64,000 nt of DNA from Alphaproteobacteria bacterium (GTDB lineage: Bacteria > Pseudomonadota > Alphaproteobacteria > UBA6615): NCBI GenBank assembly GCA_965261585.1, contig CBDHDN010000019.1:4684-68683 (forward strand), written 5' to 3'. Positions 46,239 to 56,436 of this stretch are shown piece by piece (the stretch's first letter is position 1; each line of letters opens with the position of its first letter). The notes below the pieces were generated by a model. That model saw only the letters and a list, made by a program, of their open reading frames with translations. It was not told the DNA's origin and did no database searches. The translations under genes were made by a program, and so were the position numbers.

Positions 46239-46693
46239 GCGTCCGCCTTCTGCTCCCAGCCGCCGGTGTCGGTCTGCTGCCAGTAGGTGAGCGCGTGGCC
46301 GGCATCCTTGTAATCGGCCCAGCGCCGGCGTGCTTCGCCAACGGCGGTGGCGTCGTTGCCGTCGAACAGCTCGCATACAAGGTCATAGTCGCCGAGGCGG
46401 GCCGAGCCGGCCCCGTCGGTCAGGAACAGGACGCGGGCGCCGTTGGGGTTCTCGTCCTCGTTGGTCAGCCAGACCGGCTGCGTCTCGGCGAAGCCGTCGA
46501 CGTTGCTGCCGTGGGGCAGGAAGCCGCGGTCGGTGAAGGTCCAGAGGTGGACACACAATGCCTCGACGCGCTCGTCCGAGCGCGCCATGACGACGGCGCG
46601 GCGGCCATCACGGTCGAGGGTCCGCTGCAGCATGACCGGCAGCGTGTCCTCGAGCGGGCGGCGCGTCAGATGATAGAACCGGACCTCGGTCAT
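46235..46693 (-). CDS. holC: DNA polymerase III chi subunit
   Basis: MTEVRFYHL, LWT..FLPHG, QPVWLT, ARRRW. Confidence 0.92.
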   Translation of the reverse strand: MTEVRFYHLTRRPLEDTLPVMLQRTLDRDGRRAVVMARSDERVEALCVHLWTFTDRGFLPHGSNVDGFAETQPVWLTNEDENPNGARVLFLTDGAGSARLGDYDLVCELFDGNDATAVGEARRRWADYKDAGHALTYWQQTDTGGWEQKADA

Positions 46694-46734
46694 CGGAGTT
46701 TGGCTTGGTTTTGGCGGCACCGGCCGACGAGACC

Positions 46735-48228
46735 CTAGCCCTCAAAATTATCCTGCATGAAGCGGTCGAGCAGCTGAACGCCGAAGCCGGTCGCGCCCTT
46801 GGCCATGGTCGGCTTGTCCTTGTCGGACCAGGCCACGCCGGCGATGTCCAGGTGCGCCCACGGCACGCTGTTCGTGAAGCGCTGGAGGAACTGTGCGGCG
46901 GTGATGCTGCCACCCCAGCGGCCGGCGCCGATGTTCTTGACGTCGGCGGCGGGGCTGTTGATCTGGCGGTCATAAGCCTCCCCGAGCGGCATCCGCCAAA
47001 CGCCCTCGCCGACCGCCGTACCAGCGTCGATCAGCTGCTGCGCGAGCTTGTCGTCGTTGGCGAACAGGCCAGCAAACTCGCGGCCCAGGGCAACCATGAT
47101 CGCACCGGTCAGGGTCGCCAGATCGACCATGACCTGCGGCTTGAAGCGGTTTTGCGTGTACCAGAGCGCGTCGGCCAGGACGAGCCGCCCCTCGGCATCC
47201 GTGTTCAGGACCTCGATCGTCTGGCCGGACATCGAGGCGACGATGTCGCCGGGGCGCTGCGCCGTGCCCGACGGCATGTTCTCGACAAGACCGACGACGC
47301 CGACGACGTTGACCCGCGCCTTGCGGCCGGCGAGCGCGTGCATCACACCGATCACCGCGCCGGCACCGCCCATGTCCCACTTCATCTCCTCCATGCCACC
47401 GGCGGGCTTGATGGAGATGCCGCCGGTATCGAACGTTACGCCCTTGCCGACGAGCGCCACCGGCTTTTTCATGCGGGCCGCGCCGGTCCATTGCATGACG
47501 ACGAGCTGCGATTCACGGGCGCTACCGTGGCCAACGCCCAGGATGGCGCCCATGCCGAGGGCCTGCATCTGCTTCTCGCCCAGCACTTCGACCTTGACGC
47601 CGAGGCGGCTGAGCTTGCGGCACTCGGCGGCGAGGCTGGCCGGATAGATGACATTGCCGGGCTCCGAGACCAGATCGCGGGTGACGTCGACGGCGTGCGC
47701 CAGGACATCGAGTGGCCGATGGGCGCGGCGCGCCGACGGTGGGGCGGCGACCATGACCGTGAGCTTCGCCAGCGTCGGCTTCTTGTCCTCCGGCTCCTTG
47801 GTCAGGTACTTGTCGAAGCGATAGGCACGCAGCTGGGCGCCGTAGGCGATGTGGGCGGCGCGCTGAGCGTCGCTCATGCCACTGCCGCGCAACGGATCGA
47901 TCATGATCGTGGCGCTGCCGGCGCGGGCCGCGTTCGCCACATGCCAGATGCGCGCGCCGACGGCCTGCAGCTTCACGGTGTCGAGCTCCCTGGCGTCACC
48001 AAGGCCGACGAGGATGATGCGCGCCTCGGGCAGGCCGGTCGGCGCAACGATCGACAGGGTCTCGCCATGCTTGCCGGTGAAGCTGCTCGCCTGGACGACG
48101 CGCGAAACCGTGTCCTTGGTCTTGTGGTCGAGCGCCTTGGCGCTGGCGCTGAGGTCGCCCTTGGCGAGCACGGCAGCAACGATCGTGCCTTTGCTCGGCA
48201 GGCTTGGTTCCGCAAATGCGACCTTCAT
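46735..48228 (-). CDS. pepA: Leucyl aminopeptidase
   Basis: GKGVTFDTGG, MKWDMGG, NTDAEGRL, ATLTGA, HLDIAG. Confidence 0.95.
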   Translation of the reverse strand: MKVAFAEPSLPSKGTIVAAVLAKGDLSASAKALDHKTKDTVSRVVQASSFTGKHGETLSIVAPTGLPEARIILVGLGDARELDTVKLQAVGARIWHVANAARAGSATIMIDPLRGSGMSDAQRAAHIAYGAQLRAYRFDKYLTKEPEDKKPTLAKLTVMVAAPPSARRAHRPLDVLAHAVDVTRDLVSEPGNVIYPASLAAECRKLSRLGVKVEVLGEKQMQALGMGAILGVGHGSARESQLVVMQWTGAARMKKPVALVGKGVTFDTGGISIKPAGGMEEMKWDMGGAGAVIGVMHALAGRKARVNVVGVVGLVENMPSGTAQRPGDIVASMSGQTIEVLNTDAEGRLVLADALWYTQNRFKPQVMVDLATLTGAIMVALGREFAGLFANDDKLAQQLIDAGTAVGEGVWRMPLGEAYDRQINSPAADVKNIGAGRWGGSITAAQFLQRFTNSVPWAHLDIAGVAWSDKDKPTMAKGATGFGVQLLDRFMQDNFEG

Positions 48229-48432
48229 TGCAACGCCTCCGCGCGTCAGATACCGCCCCAGTCCGCTGGGCGTCCCCATTGCGCTCGGTGTAGATCACGA
48301 TACGAGTGCTGGCAAGGGGCCGGGCGGTTCCGGCGCCGGGTGGTTCCGCGGGTCCGGTCGATCTGCTAAGAGTGCTGCGCGGGCAACCTGGTTGGGCCGA
48401 CCCGAGCCCAAACGCCAAGCGAGCGTTGTGCG

Positions 48433-49584
48433 ATGATCAATCGCTACATCACGCACCAGATAGTTCTTGCGACCGCTTGTGTCACGGTGATCGCGACGTT
48501 GTTGATGTTGCTGATCCGCTCGTTGCGCCTGATCGACTTCGTCATCAATCGCGGGCTGCCGATCGAGGTCCTGTTCGTCATGACCGGGCTGCTGGTGCCG
48601 ACATTCATCGGCATCGTGCTGCCGATCTCCCTCTTCGCCGGCGTGCTGTTCGTCTACAACAGGATGCTGGGCGACAGCGAGATCATCGTCATGCGCGCGG
48701 TCGGGGTCAGTTCGCTCAGGCTCGCGCGCCCGGCGATCGTGGCGTCCCTGCTGATCGTCGGCCTCGGCTATGGCCTGTCGCTGTACGCAATGCCGGCGAG
48801 CTTCACCGAGTTCAAGGAGCGCGAGTTCGCCTACCGCAACACCTATGGCAGCGTGTTGCTGCAGGAAGGGCGCTTCAACAACCCGACCGACGGCCTGACG
48901 ATCTATGTGCGGGCGCGCAACGGCAGCGAGGAGCTGTTGGGTATCTTCGTGCACGATGCGCGCAACCGCGACCGACCGGTTACGGTGATGGCGGAACGCG
49001 GCCAACTGGTCAGGGGCGACGCAGGCGGCGCCCGCGTCATCATGTTCAACGGCAACCGGCAGGAGGTCGATATCGAATCCGGCCGGCTGACGCTGTTGTA
49101 TTTCGACCAGAACTCGGTCGATCTGGGCCTGTTGAACCCGAACCTCGAACGGCAGTGGCGCGAGCCGAAGGAGCGCTTCGTCAGCGAACTGTTGAACCCC
49201 GGCGATTCGGCGAACGAGCGCTACTACGCGAAGAACCTGATCGCCGAGGGCCATCGCCGGCTGTCGGGACCGCTGTACTCCCCGGCCTTCGTATTGATCG
49301 CGCTGGCCAGCCTGTTGACCGGCGAGATCAACCGCCGCGGCCAAACGATACGCGTGCTGGGCGCCGTCGGCATGGTCGCCGTGCTGCAGGGGCTCGGCCT
49401 GACGGCACTGAACTTCGCCTCGACGTCGCTGGGCTTCGTGCCCGTATTCTACATTCTGCCGCTGGCGACCGTCGCCATCGCCGGCTACATGCTGGCGAGC
49501 CGGCCACGCAAGCGTGGCCGGCGCCGCGCAATGCGGCCGCCTGATGCCGCAGGGGGCCTAGCGGCGGCCCCACGGGTCCCATGA
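48433..49584 (+). CDS. lptF: LPS export ABC permease LptF
   Basis: YjgP/Q architecture, DSEIIVMRAVG; divergent from pepA. Confidence 0.9.
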   Translation: MINRYITHQIVLATACVTVIATLLMLLIRSLRLIDFVINRGLPIEVLFVMTGLLVPTFIGIVLPISLFAGVLFVYNRMLGDSEIIVMRAVGVSSLRLARPAIVASLLIVGLGYGLSLYAMPASFTEFKEREFAYRNTYGSVLLQEGRFNNPTDGLTIYVRARNGSEELLGIFVHDARNRDRPVTVMAERGQLVRGDAGGARVIMFNGNRQEVDIESGRLTLLYFDQNSVDLGLLNPNLERQWREPKERFVSELLNPGDSANERYYAKNLIAEGHRRLSGPLYSPAFVLIALASLLTGEINRRGQTIRVLGAVGMVAVLQGLGLTALNFASTSLGFVPVFYILPLATVAIAGYMLASRPRKRGRRRAMRPPDAAGGLAAAPRVP

Positions 49585-50513
49585 CGGATACCGAGCAAAC
49601 CGCCCCACGGATCGGCGTCGTCGCCGCGACCGGTCGGGTCGGCCGCGCGCTGGTGCGCATGCTCGAGGCGCAGGGCCGACGAGTCGTCGCGGTCGCCCGG
49701 AACCCGACGGCGTTGACCTCGCTCAACGGCGCCGCCGAGCGGCGGGTCGCCGACTTGGAGGACCACGACGGCCTGGCGACGGCGCTGGCCGATCTATCGA
49801 CGATCGTGAGCTGTGCCCATGCCCGCTTTGCCCGCCAGATCTGCGCGGCGGCGCCGGCCGGGCTGAACGGCCTGACGCTCATCGGGTCGACGCGCCGGTT
49901 CACCAGGTATCCCGACGCCGCGGCTGCACAGGTGCGCGCCGGCGAGGCGGTCCTCAAGGACTCCGGCCACCCTTGGACGATGATCCACCCGACGATGATC
50001 TACGGCGCCGACGGCGAGAACAACGTCGTCCGTATCGCCGCCTATATCCGCAGGTTCGGAGTGATCCCCCTGCCCGACGGCGGCACATCACTGATCCAGC
50101 CAATCCATATCGACGACGTCGCCCGCGCCCTCGCCGCGGCGGCGCTACGCCCGGGCGACGGCCAGAGCATCGTTGTCGCCGGGCCGCAGGCGCTGCGCTA
50201 TGCCGATTTCGTCCGTGCCGTTGCCCGGGCGATCGGCCGCACGGTGCGGATCGTGCCGCTGCCGGGGACGGTCCTGGCCGCCCTGGCGGGATTGACCCGG
50301 CTCGTTCCCGGCGTGCCGACGGTGACCGCGGGAGAGGTGCGGCGGCTGCTCGAGGACAAGGCCTTCGATGTCACCGCGATGCGCCACCTGCTTGGTGTCG
50401 AGCCGATCAGCCTGGAGACCGGGTTGCGCCTGACATTCGATCGTGGCGTCCCGTTCGCGCGTCGCGCACGCGCCGTGTCGGCGTCGCCGCGGCAAAGTGG
50501 GTTCTTGGACTGA
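49581..50513 (+). CDS. NAD(P)-binding atypical SDR (epimerase/NmrA-like)
   Basis: AATGRVG, PTMIYG, QPIHIDDVA; ATGA overlap with lptF. Confidence 0.8.
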   Translation: MTDTEQTAPRIGVVAATGRVGRALVRMLEAQGRRVVAVARNPTALTSLNGAAERRVADLEDHDGLATALADLSTIVSCAHARFARQICAAAPAGLNGLTLIGSTRRFTRYPDAAAAQVRAGEAVLKDSGHPWTMIHPTMIYGADGENNVVRIAAYIRRFGVIPLPDGGTSLIQPIHIDDVARALAAAALRPGDGQSIVVAGPQALRYADFVRAVARAIGRTVRIVPLPGTVLAALAGLTRLVPGVPTVTAGEVRRLLEDKAFDVTAMRHLLGVEPISLETGLRLTFDRGVPFARRARAVSASPRQSGFLD

Positions 50514-50600
50514 CCAAACGGCTCTAGTATTCACTGCGTTGGCGTCGACCGACAAGGGCGGTGCGGCGCCCTCACGCGGCAGCGGGTAAGATCCTACGAC

Positions 50601-51704
50601 ATGCAGGTTTCCGGTACCATCTCGACCTACCTGAGCCGACAGTTCTTCGTCTGGTTCATCATCGTCTTCCTCGGTATCTCGGGACTGCTGCTGGCGGTCG
50701 ATTCGGTCGAGTTGATGCGGCGGTCGGCCAACAAGCCAGACGCGACCGTCGCCGTCGCGCTGCACATGGCGTTCCTCCACCTGCCCCATCTGGCCCAGGA
50801 GTTCGTGCCGTTCGCGATCCTGTTCGGCGGCCTGTTGAGCTTTGCCCGCCTGACACGCAGCCACGAGCTGGTCGTCGTGCGGGCCGCCGGCGTCTCGGTC
50901 TGGCAGTTTCTGCTGCCGGCGTTCGCGGTCGCCCTTGCCATCGGCGTCGCCAAGGTCGCCATACTCAACCCGGTGGCCGCCGGCATGCTGTCGAAGTACG
51001 AGCAGCTGGAAGGCCGGTTCCTGACCGGACGGTCCTCCCTGCTCGCCGTTACGTCGACCGGCCTGTGGCTGCGGCAGCTGAACGAGCGCAGCGGTGGCGG
51101 GCAGTCGGTCATCCATGCGCGATCGGTGCTCGCGGACCGGATGGAACTGCAGAACGTCATCGTCTTCCAGTTCGACGCGGAGGACAGGTTCATCGGCCGC
51201 ATTGATGCGCGGAGCGCCCGACTGCTGGGCGGCAACTGGGAGCTGCGCGACGCCCTGCTGAGTACGCCGGAACGCACGGGGCGCGCGCTGGAAAGCTACT
51301 TGCTGGCGACGGACCTGACGCCGGAGACGATCCAAGAGAGCTTTGCCAGCCCAAGCACCGTCTCGTTCTGGCAGCTGCCACGGTTTATTCGGGTGCTGGA
51401 GGAGACAGGCTTCTCCGGCCTGCCACACCGCCTGCGCTGGCACGCGCTGATTGCCGAACCGGTCCTGGCCCTGGCGATGGTGCTGATCGCGGCGACGTTC
51501 TCGCTGCGTCTGACACGCCGTGGCGGCACCGTTCTACTGGGTATTGCCGGCGTCCTCACCGGCTTCCTGCTGTTCCTGCTGTCCAACCTGGTGCAGGCAT
51601 TGGGCCTCGGTGCCAGCCTGCCGGCCGCGCTGGCGGCGTGGACGCCGGCCGGCGTCAGCCTGTTGCTGGGCGCGGCCATGCTGCTGCACCTGGAAGACGG
51701 CTGA
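50601..51704 (+). CDS. lptG: LPS export ABC permease LptG
   Basis: ELVVVRAAGVSVWQF, GLWLRQ, C-terminal LLHLEDG. Confidence 0.92.
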   Translation: MQVSGTISTYLSRQFFVWFIIVFLGISGLLLAVDSVELMRRSANKPDATVAVALHMAFLHLPHLAQEFVPFAILFGGLLSFARLTRSHELVVVRAAGVSVWQFLLPAFAVALAIGVAKVAILNPVAAGMLSKYEQLEGRFLTGRSSLLAVTSTGLWLRQLNERSGGGQSVIHARSVLADRMELQNVIVFQFDAEDRFIGRIDARSARLLGGNWELRDALLSTPERTGRALESYLLATDLTPETIQESFASPSTVSFWQLPRFIRVLEETGFSGLPHRLRWHALIAEPVLALAMVLIAATFSLRLTRRGGTVLLGIAGVLTGFLLFLLSNLVQALGLGASLPAALAAWTPAGVSLLLGAAMLLHLEDG

Positions 51705-51708
51705 GCGG

Positions 51709-53874
51709 ATGGGCGGGCGCCGCGGCGCGTGGCGGCGCTGGGCGTGGCTCGCTCTTGTTCTGTTCGCCGTCGGCGCCCCCGGCCTGAGCCCTCCCGCCGT
51801 GGCGCAGGAGGAGGGCGGCGGAGCAGACCCGCCCGTGCTCGTGACGGCGGACGAGCTGACGTTCGATCAGGATACCGGCACGGCAACGGCGACCGGCAAT
51901 GTGGAGATCACGCAGGGCGACCGCGTGCTGCAGGCCGATGTCGTGACGTTCAACGAACGCTCGAACGTCGTCACGGCAACCGGCAACGTCGTCCTGCTGG
52001 AGCCGACCGGCGAAGTCATCTTCGCCGAGTTTGCCGAGCTGTCGGATTCGATGAAGGAGGGCTTCATCCGCGGCTTCCGCATGCTGTTGCAGGACGATGC
52101 GCGCCTAGTCGCCGTCAACGCACAGCGCCGCGGTGGCGTCGAAACGGTACTCGACAGGGCCGTCTACTCGCCGTGCCGGCAGTGCCTGGAGCACCGCCCG
52201 AGCCCGCCGCTGTGGCAGATCAAGGCGCGCCGGGTGGTGCACAACCAGGAAACCCACGACATCATCTACCGCGACGCACGGCTGGAGATTCTGGGCGTGC
52301 CGGTCGCCTATACACCGTTCCTCAGCCACCCGGACCCGACCGTACGGCGCCGTACCGGCATTCTGACGCCAACTTATGGCTCCTCGACGGACCTGGGTTT
52401 CTCGGTCCAGGTCCCGTTCTTCTGGGCGATCAAGCCGGACCGCGACCTGACGCTCGACCCGATCCTGACCACGGACGAAGGCGTCGTCGCCTCGGGCGAG
52501 TACCGGCAGCGCTTCAGCGACGGTGAGCTGCGCGCGCGGGCCAGCGCCACCCCGGAAGAGCAGCCGGAGTCGGGCGACGGCTTTCGCGGCCACCTCGACC
52601 TGTCGGCCCGCGCCGACATCAACGACATCTGGCGCTGGGGTACCGACGTTAATGTCGCCAGCGACGACACCTACCTGAAGAAGTACGGCTTCGCGGGCAA
52701 CGACACCCTGACATCGCAGGCGTTTGTCGAGGGGTTCGCCGGGCGCAACCACGCCCGCGCCGAGGGCCTCTATTTCCAAGACCTGCGCGCGGACATCGAT
52801 CAAGACGAGGTGCCGATCGTCGCGCCGAAGCTGGACTACGCGGTGGTCAGCCAGCCGAGTACCATCGGCGCCCGCTGGACCCTTGACGCCAACACCCAGG
52901 CGATCAGCCGACGCACCGGAACCAACAGCCAGCGCCTGTCGCTGATCGGCGGCTGGCAGCTGCCGCACGTCGGCCCGCTGGGCGAGCTCTATACCTTCGA
53001 GGCGACGGTCCAGACCGACCTTTACAACGTCAGCCGGCCGGACGGCGACCCGGTGTCGGATTTCGAAGGCGTCACCGGCCGGGTGTTCCCCCAGGCGACT
53101 CTGGACATCCGCTATCCGCTGGTGCGCACGGCCGGCAACACGCAGCAGCTGATCGAGCCGGTCGCGGCGATCGTCGTCAGCCCGAACGACGCCAACTCCG
53201 ACGCGATCCCCAACGAGGACAGCCTGGTCTTCGAGTTCGACGAGACGAACCTCCTGGTGCCCGACCGCTTCGCCGGGCGCGACCGGGTCGCCGACGGTCA
53301 ACACGTCGCCTACGGCCTGCGGGCCGGTGTCTTCGGCCTTGGCGGCGGCAGCACGACGGCTTTCTTCGGCCAGTCCTACGAGTTCCAGACGGGCGATGCG
53401 TTTGGCCCCGGAACCGGCCTGGAGGACAACCTGTCCGACATCGTCGGCCGCGTGACGGTGACCCCGGGGCGGTTGCTCGACGTCTCCTACAAGACCCGCC
53501 TCGCCACGGACAAGCTGAAGTTCAGCCGCAACGAAGCGCAGCTCACGGCGGGACCGAGCCTGCTGCAGCTCGGCGTCGACTACGTGTTCTTCGACCGCAC
53601 CGCGGAATTCGCGGATCGTGAGGAGATCGGCGTGCGCCTGTCGTCGCAGGTCACCGAACAATGGAACATCTCGGGCGGCACGCGACAGGACCTGACGTCG
53701 GGCGGCGGGGCGCTGGCCCACAGCCTGTCATTCAACTATGTGTGCGACTGCCTGAACATGAGGATCGACCTGCAGCGGACCTTCACACGGGACCGCGACA
53801 TCCCGCCCAACGACTCCATTTTTGTGCGGGTGGTCTTCAAGACGCTCGGCGAGTTGAAGGGCCAGGTCTTCTGA
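51709..53874 (+). CDS. lptD: LPS-assembly outer membrane protein LptD
   Basis: OstA-like N-domain, YSPC..C, WQIKA, PNEDS, terminal FKTLG. Confidence 0.92.
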   Translation: MGGRRGAWRRWAWLALVLFAVGAPGLSPPAVAQEEGGGADPPVLVTADELTFDQDTGTATATGNVEITQGDRVLQADVVTFNERSNVVTATGNVVLLEPTGEVIFAEFAELSDSMKEGFIRGFRMLLQDDARLVAVNAQRRGGVETVLDRAVYSPCRQCLEHRPSPPLWQIKARRVVHNQETHDIIYRDARLEILGVPVAYTPFLSHPDPTVRRRTGILTPTYGSSTDLGFSVQVPFFWAIKPDRDLTLDPILTTDEGVVASGEYRQRFSDGELRARASATPEEQPESGDGFRGHLDLSARADINDIWRWGTDVNVASDDTYLKKYGFAGNDTLTSQAFVEGFAGRNHARAEGLYFQDLRADIDQDEVPIVAPKLDYAVVSQPSTIGARWTLDANTQAISRRTGTNSQRLSLIGGWQLPHVGPLGELYTFEATVQTDLYNVSRPDGDPVSDFEGVTGRVFPQATLDIRYPLVRTAGNTQQLIEPVAAIVVSPNDANSDAIPNEDSLVFEFDETNLLVPDRFAGRDRVADGQHVAYGLRAGVFGLGGGSTTAFFGQSYEFQTGDAFGPGTGLEDNLSDIVGRVTVTPGRLLDVSYKTRLATDKLKFSRNEAQLTAGPSLLQLGVDYVFFDRTAEFADREEIGVRLSSQVTEQWNISGGTRQDLTSGGGALAHSLSFNYVCDCLNMRIDLQRTFTRDRDIPPNDSIFVRVVFKTLGELKGQVF

Positions 53875-54765
53875 CTTCGTAATTCATCGAGGGCGTTTCC
53901 AATTGCCCGCCAGAGGTCATCGACGGTTCTGGCGCCGACCTTGCGGAGAATGGCTTTGAGCTTGGCGAAGACCTGTTCGATGGGATTGAGATCGGGGCTG
54001 TAGGGCGGCAGGTAGAGCGGGGTTGCGCCGACCGCCTCAATGGCCTCGTGTACGCCGGCGACCTTGTGGGAGGAGAGGTTGTCCATGATGACGATGTCGC
54101 CCGCGGACAGGGTCGGGACCAGGGCTTGCTGGACCCAGGCAAGGAAGCTTGCGCCGTTGATCGGGCCATCGAAAACGCAGGGCGCGGTGATCCGGTCGTG
54201 ACGCAGGGCGGCAATGAACGTGGTTGTCTTCCAGTGGCCATGGGGAATGGCCGCCACCACCCGTTCGCCGCGCGGTGCCCGGCCATAACGCCGGGCCATG
54301 TTCGTCCGCGCCCAGGTCTCGTCGAGAAAGACCAGCCGTTCGGCAATCAGCCCAGCTTGCTCGTTGCGCCAAGTGGCTCGCGCCGCCGCGACGTCAGGGC
54401 GCTCCTGCTCGGCGGCGTGGGCTGTCTTTTTTTGCGACTCAGCCCCTGAGCCAGAAGAAAGTCGCCAAGCGTCGAGCGCTTCGCCTCGATCCCCTCGGCG
54501 GCCAGCAAGACGCAAAGCTCGTCAATGGTGATGTCGCAATTCTCCATCACCAGAGCCCGAATGCGATCGCCATGGGGAGCCAGTTTCGATTTCTTCCAGC
54601 CACCGTATTTGTCGGCTTTGATCGTGCCCCGCTGCTTCCAACGCTGCATCAGCTTCACAACAAAGCTGATGCTCACATCAAATTGCTTCGCCGCCGCATT
54701 GCGAGAGGTCCCCGATTCAACAACTCGAACTGTAGCGCACCCGGTTCCTTGGACACAAGTTTGTC

Positions 54766-55671
54766 TCACGCGGCGGGCCTGATTGAGATCGCGGCGTGCC
54801 ACGCCTGACGAGCTTGAGCGGGGCTCAGGTAGCCGTTCTTTTCGACGATCCACTGGGCATTGTAGAGTTCGACGAAGTCGCGGACGGCGTCCCGCAGCTC
54901 CGCGATGTTGCGGTAGATGCGACCATGGATGATCTGTTCCTTCAGCGTGCGATTGAACCGCTCGGCGACGCCGTTGGTCTGGGGCTCGGCGACGAAGGCG
55001 TAGGACGGCTGGATACCCCAGAACTTGATCTGGTTGGTGAAGTGGTCCGACAGATACTGGGAGCCGTGATCCATCCGCAAGGCCAGCCCCCGAGCCGCGC
55101 CGGCCGCGGTCGAGCCATACAGCCCGGCAAGCCCCATGGAGATCGGCTGCAGGGCGGCGAAGCGGTCGCCGCGCTTGCAGACATGCCAGCCGACACACTC
55201 GGCGTTCCAATGCTCGACGGCGGTGAAGATCCAGCCCAAGCCGTCGTCCACCGTGAACACCCGAACGCCATCGGTGCCCCACATGAGGTTCGGGGCATGA
55301 GTGATGATCTCACCGTCATGGGGATTGCCGCCACGGCGGCGGCAGCGATGGGGCGAGAGCAGATTGTTCTCGCGCATCAGGCGGAGCACCCGCTTGCGGG
55401 CAACCCGGATGTCGCGACAGACCCGAAGCCGAGCCCAGACCTTGCGGTAGCCCTCGCCCTCCCAGGGCGATGCCTCCAGGTCGGCTTCGATCGCCACCAG
55501 CAGCGCCTGGTCCGAGATCGCGGGCTTCGGTCCCCGACGCTTTGCCGGCGGCTGCTCGGCGTGCTGGCCGGAGGTCATGGCGTAGAACGAGGAGCGGGCC
55601 ATGCCCCAGGCGGCGCAGACCCGCCGCAGGCCGTAGGCCAGACCCGTGCCGGGCGAGGTGGCGGCACTCAT
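54766..55671 (-). CDS. IS OrfB DDE transposase
   Basis: As 7083-7988 with two amino-acid differences. Confidence 0.9.
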   Translation of the reverse strand: MSAATSPGTGLAYGLRRVCAAWGMARSSFYAMTSGQHAEQPPAKRRGPKPAISDQALLVAIEADLEASPWEGEGYRKVWARLRVCRDIRVARKRVLRLMRENNLLSPHRCRRRGGNPHDGEIITHAPNLMWGTDGVRVFTVDDGLGWIFTAVEHWNAECVGWHVCKRGDRFAALQPISMGLAGLYGSTAAGAARGLALRMDHGSQYLSDHFTNQIKFWGIQPSYAFVAEPQTNGVAERFNRTLKEQIIHGRIYRNIAELRDAVRDFVELYNAQWIVEKNGYLSPAQARQAWHAAISIRPAA

Positions 55672-56078
55672 CGCCGCGACCTCCGCCGCCCCAAAGGGCC
55701 GAAGGTCTCCGTCTTGGCCTCCAGCAGTTCCACCTGCATGGTCAACTCTCCGATCCGCTTCATGGCGCTATCCAGTTCCGCCTGCACCGGATCGCCCTTG
55801 CGTTGCTTGAGCGAGGCGTCGATCCCGCCGATCGCTTTCTCACGCCACTGCTCGAGCCGGAAGATCTCTACGCCCAACTGGCGCAACAGAAGTTGCACCG
55901 GCTCGTCACGCAAAAGCCGCAGAACGACCTCACGCTTGCGCGCCACCGTCCATCGCTGGCCAAGTCCCAGCGGGCCTGCCGGCAAAGCCTGGCCTGGGGA
56001 AAACGTGGACGAGCCAAGCTCGCCCGCATTTACCACAGGCCCATCAACAGCAACTTTCTTCTCAAAATTATCGGTCAT
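55668..56078 (-). CDS. IS OrfA
   Basis: As 6676-7086 with one S/L difference. Confidence 0.8.
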   Translation of the reverse strand: MTDNFEKKVAVDGPVVNAGELGSSTFSPGQALPAGPLGLGQRWTVARKREVVLRLLRDEPVQLLLRQLGVEIFRLEQWREKAIGGIDASLKQRKGDPVQAELDSAMKRIGELTMQVELLEAKTETFGPLGRRRSRR

Positions 56079-56293
56079 GTTCCGGTCCTCCTTGGACACT
56101 TCGATTAAGCCAATTCTGTGTCCAAGGAAATCGGGTCCGACTCATCAACAACTCGAACAACTCGTTCACGAAGATCTTCCGAATAAGGTCGTGTCATCCA
56201 TGGCTGGCCTCCTTTAACCCAGCTCATAGCTTGAATCACTTTTTGCGACCCTTGGGAATCCCCTTTTTTGATTCTGTCTATGCCGGACCCGCT

Positions 56294-56416
56294 CTAGTGG
56301 TTCGATGCTGACGGATGGGGACCCATCCGTCAGCTGAATCGAACCACCAGCTTATTGATTCTGTGGGCTGATTCATCTGACGCTTGGGCACCCAAGCGTT
56401 AGGATCAGACCACTAG
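56294..56416. mobile_element. Two-hairpin element family B, copy 3 (complete)
   Basis: CTAGTGGTTCGAT..ATCAGACCACTAG; arms CTGACGGATGG/CCATCCGTCAG and ACGCTTGGG/CCCAAGCGT. Confidence 0.88.
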
Positions 56417-56436
56417 GGTTACGTGCGAGGACAATT

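Larger units (their letters stand above)
54731..56144 (-). mobile_element. IS3-family-like insertion sequence, copy 2 (1414 bp)
   Basis: Inverted near-identical copy of 6610-8023; 14-bp DR TCAACAACTCGAAC at 54717-54730 and 56145-56158. Confidence 0.93.
53878..56297 (-). pseudogene. IS630-family element, interrupted by IS3-like copy 2 and 3'-truncated
   Basis: MTRPYSEDLRERVVRVVESG from 56197; A7G frameshift site at 54426-54433; [18 protein letters not shown]; left end at CTAG 56294; no right IR before the lptD stop. Confidence 0.85.

Noticed and set aside
6610-56144. Inversion between the two oppositely oriented IS3-like copies
   Set aside because: Each copy retains matching left and right 14-bp repeats, so the flanks have not been exchanged
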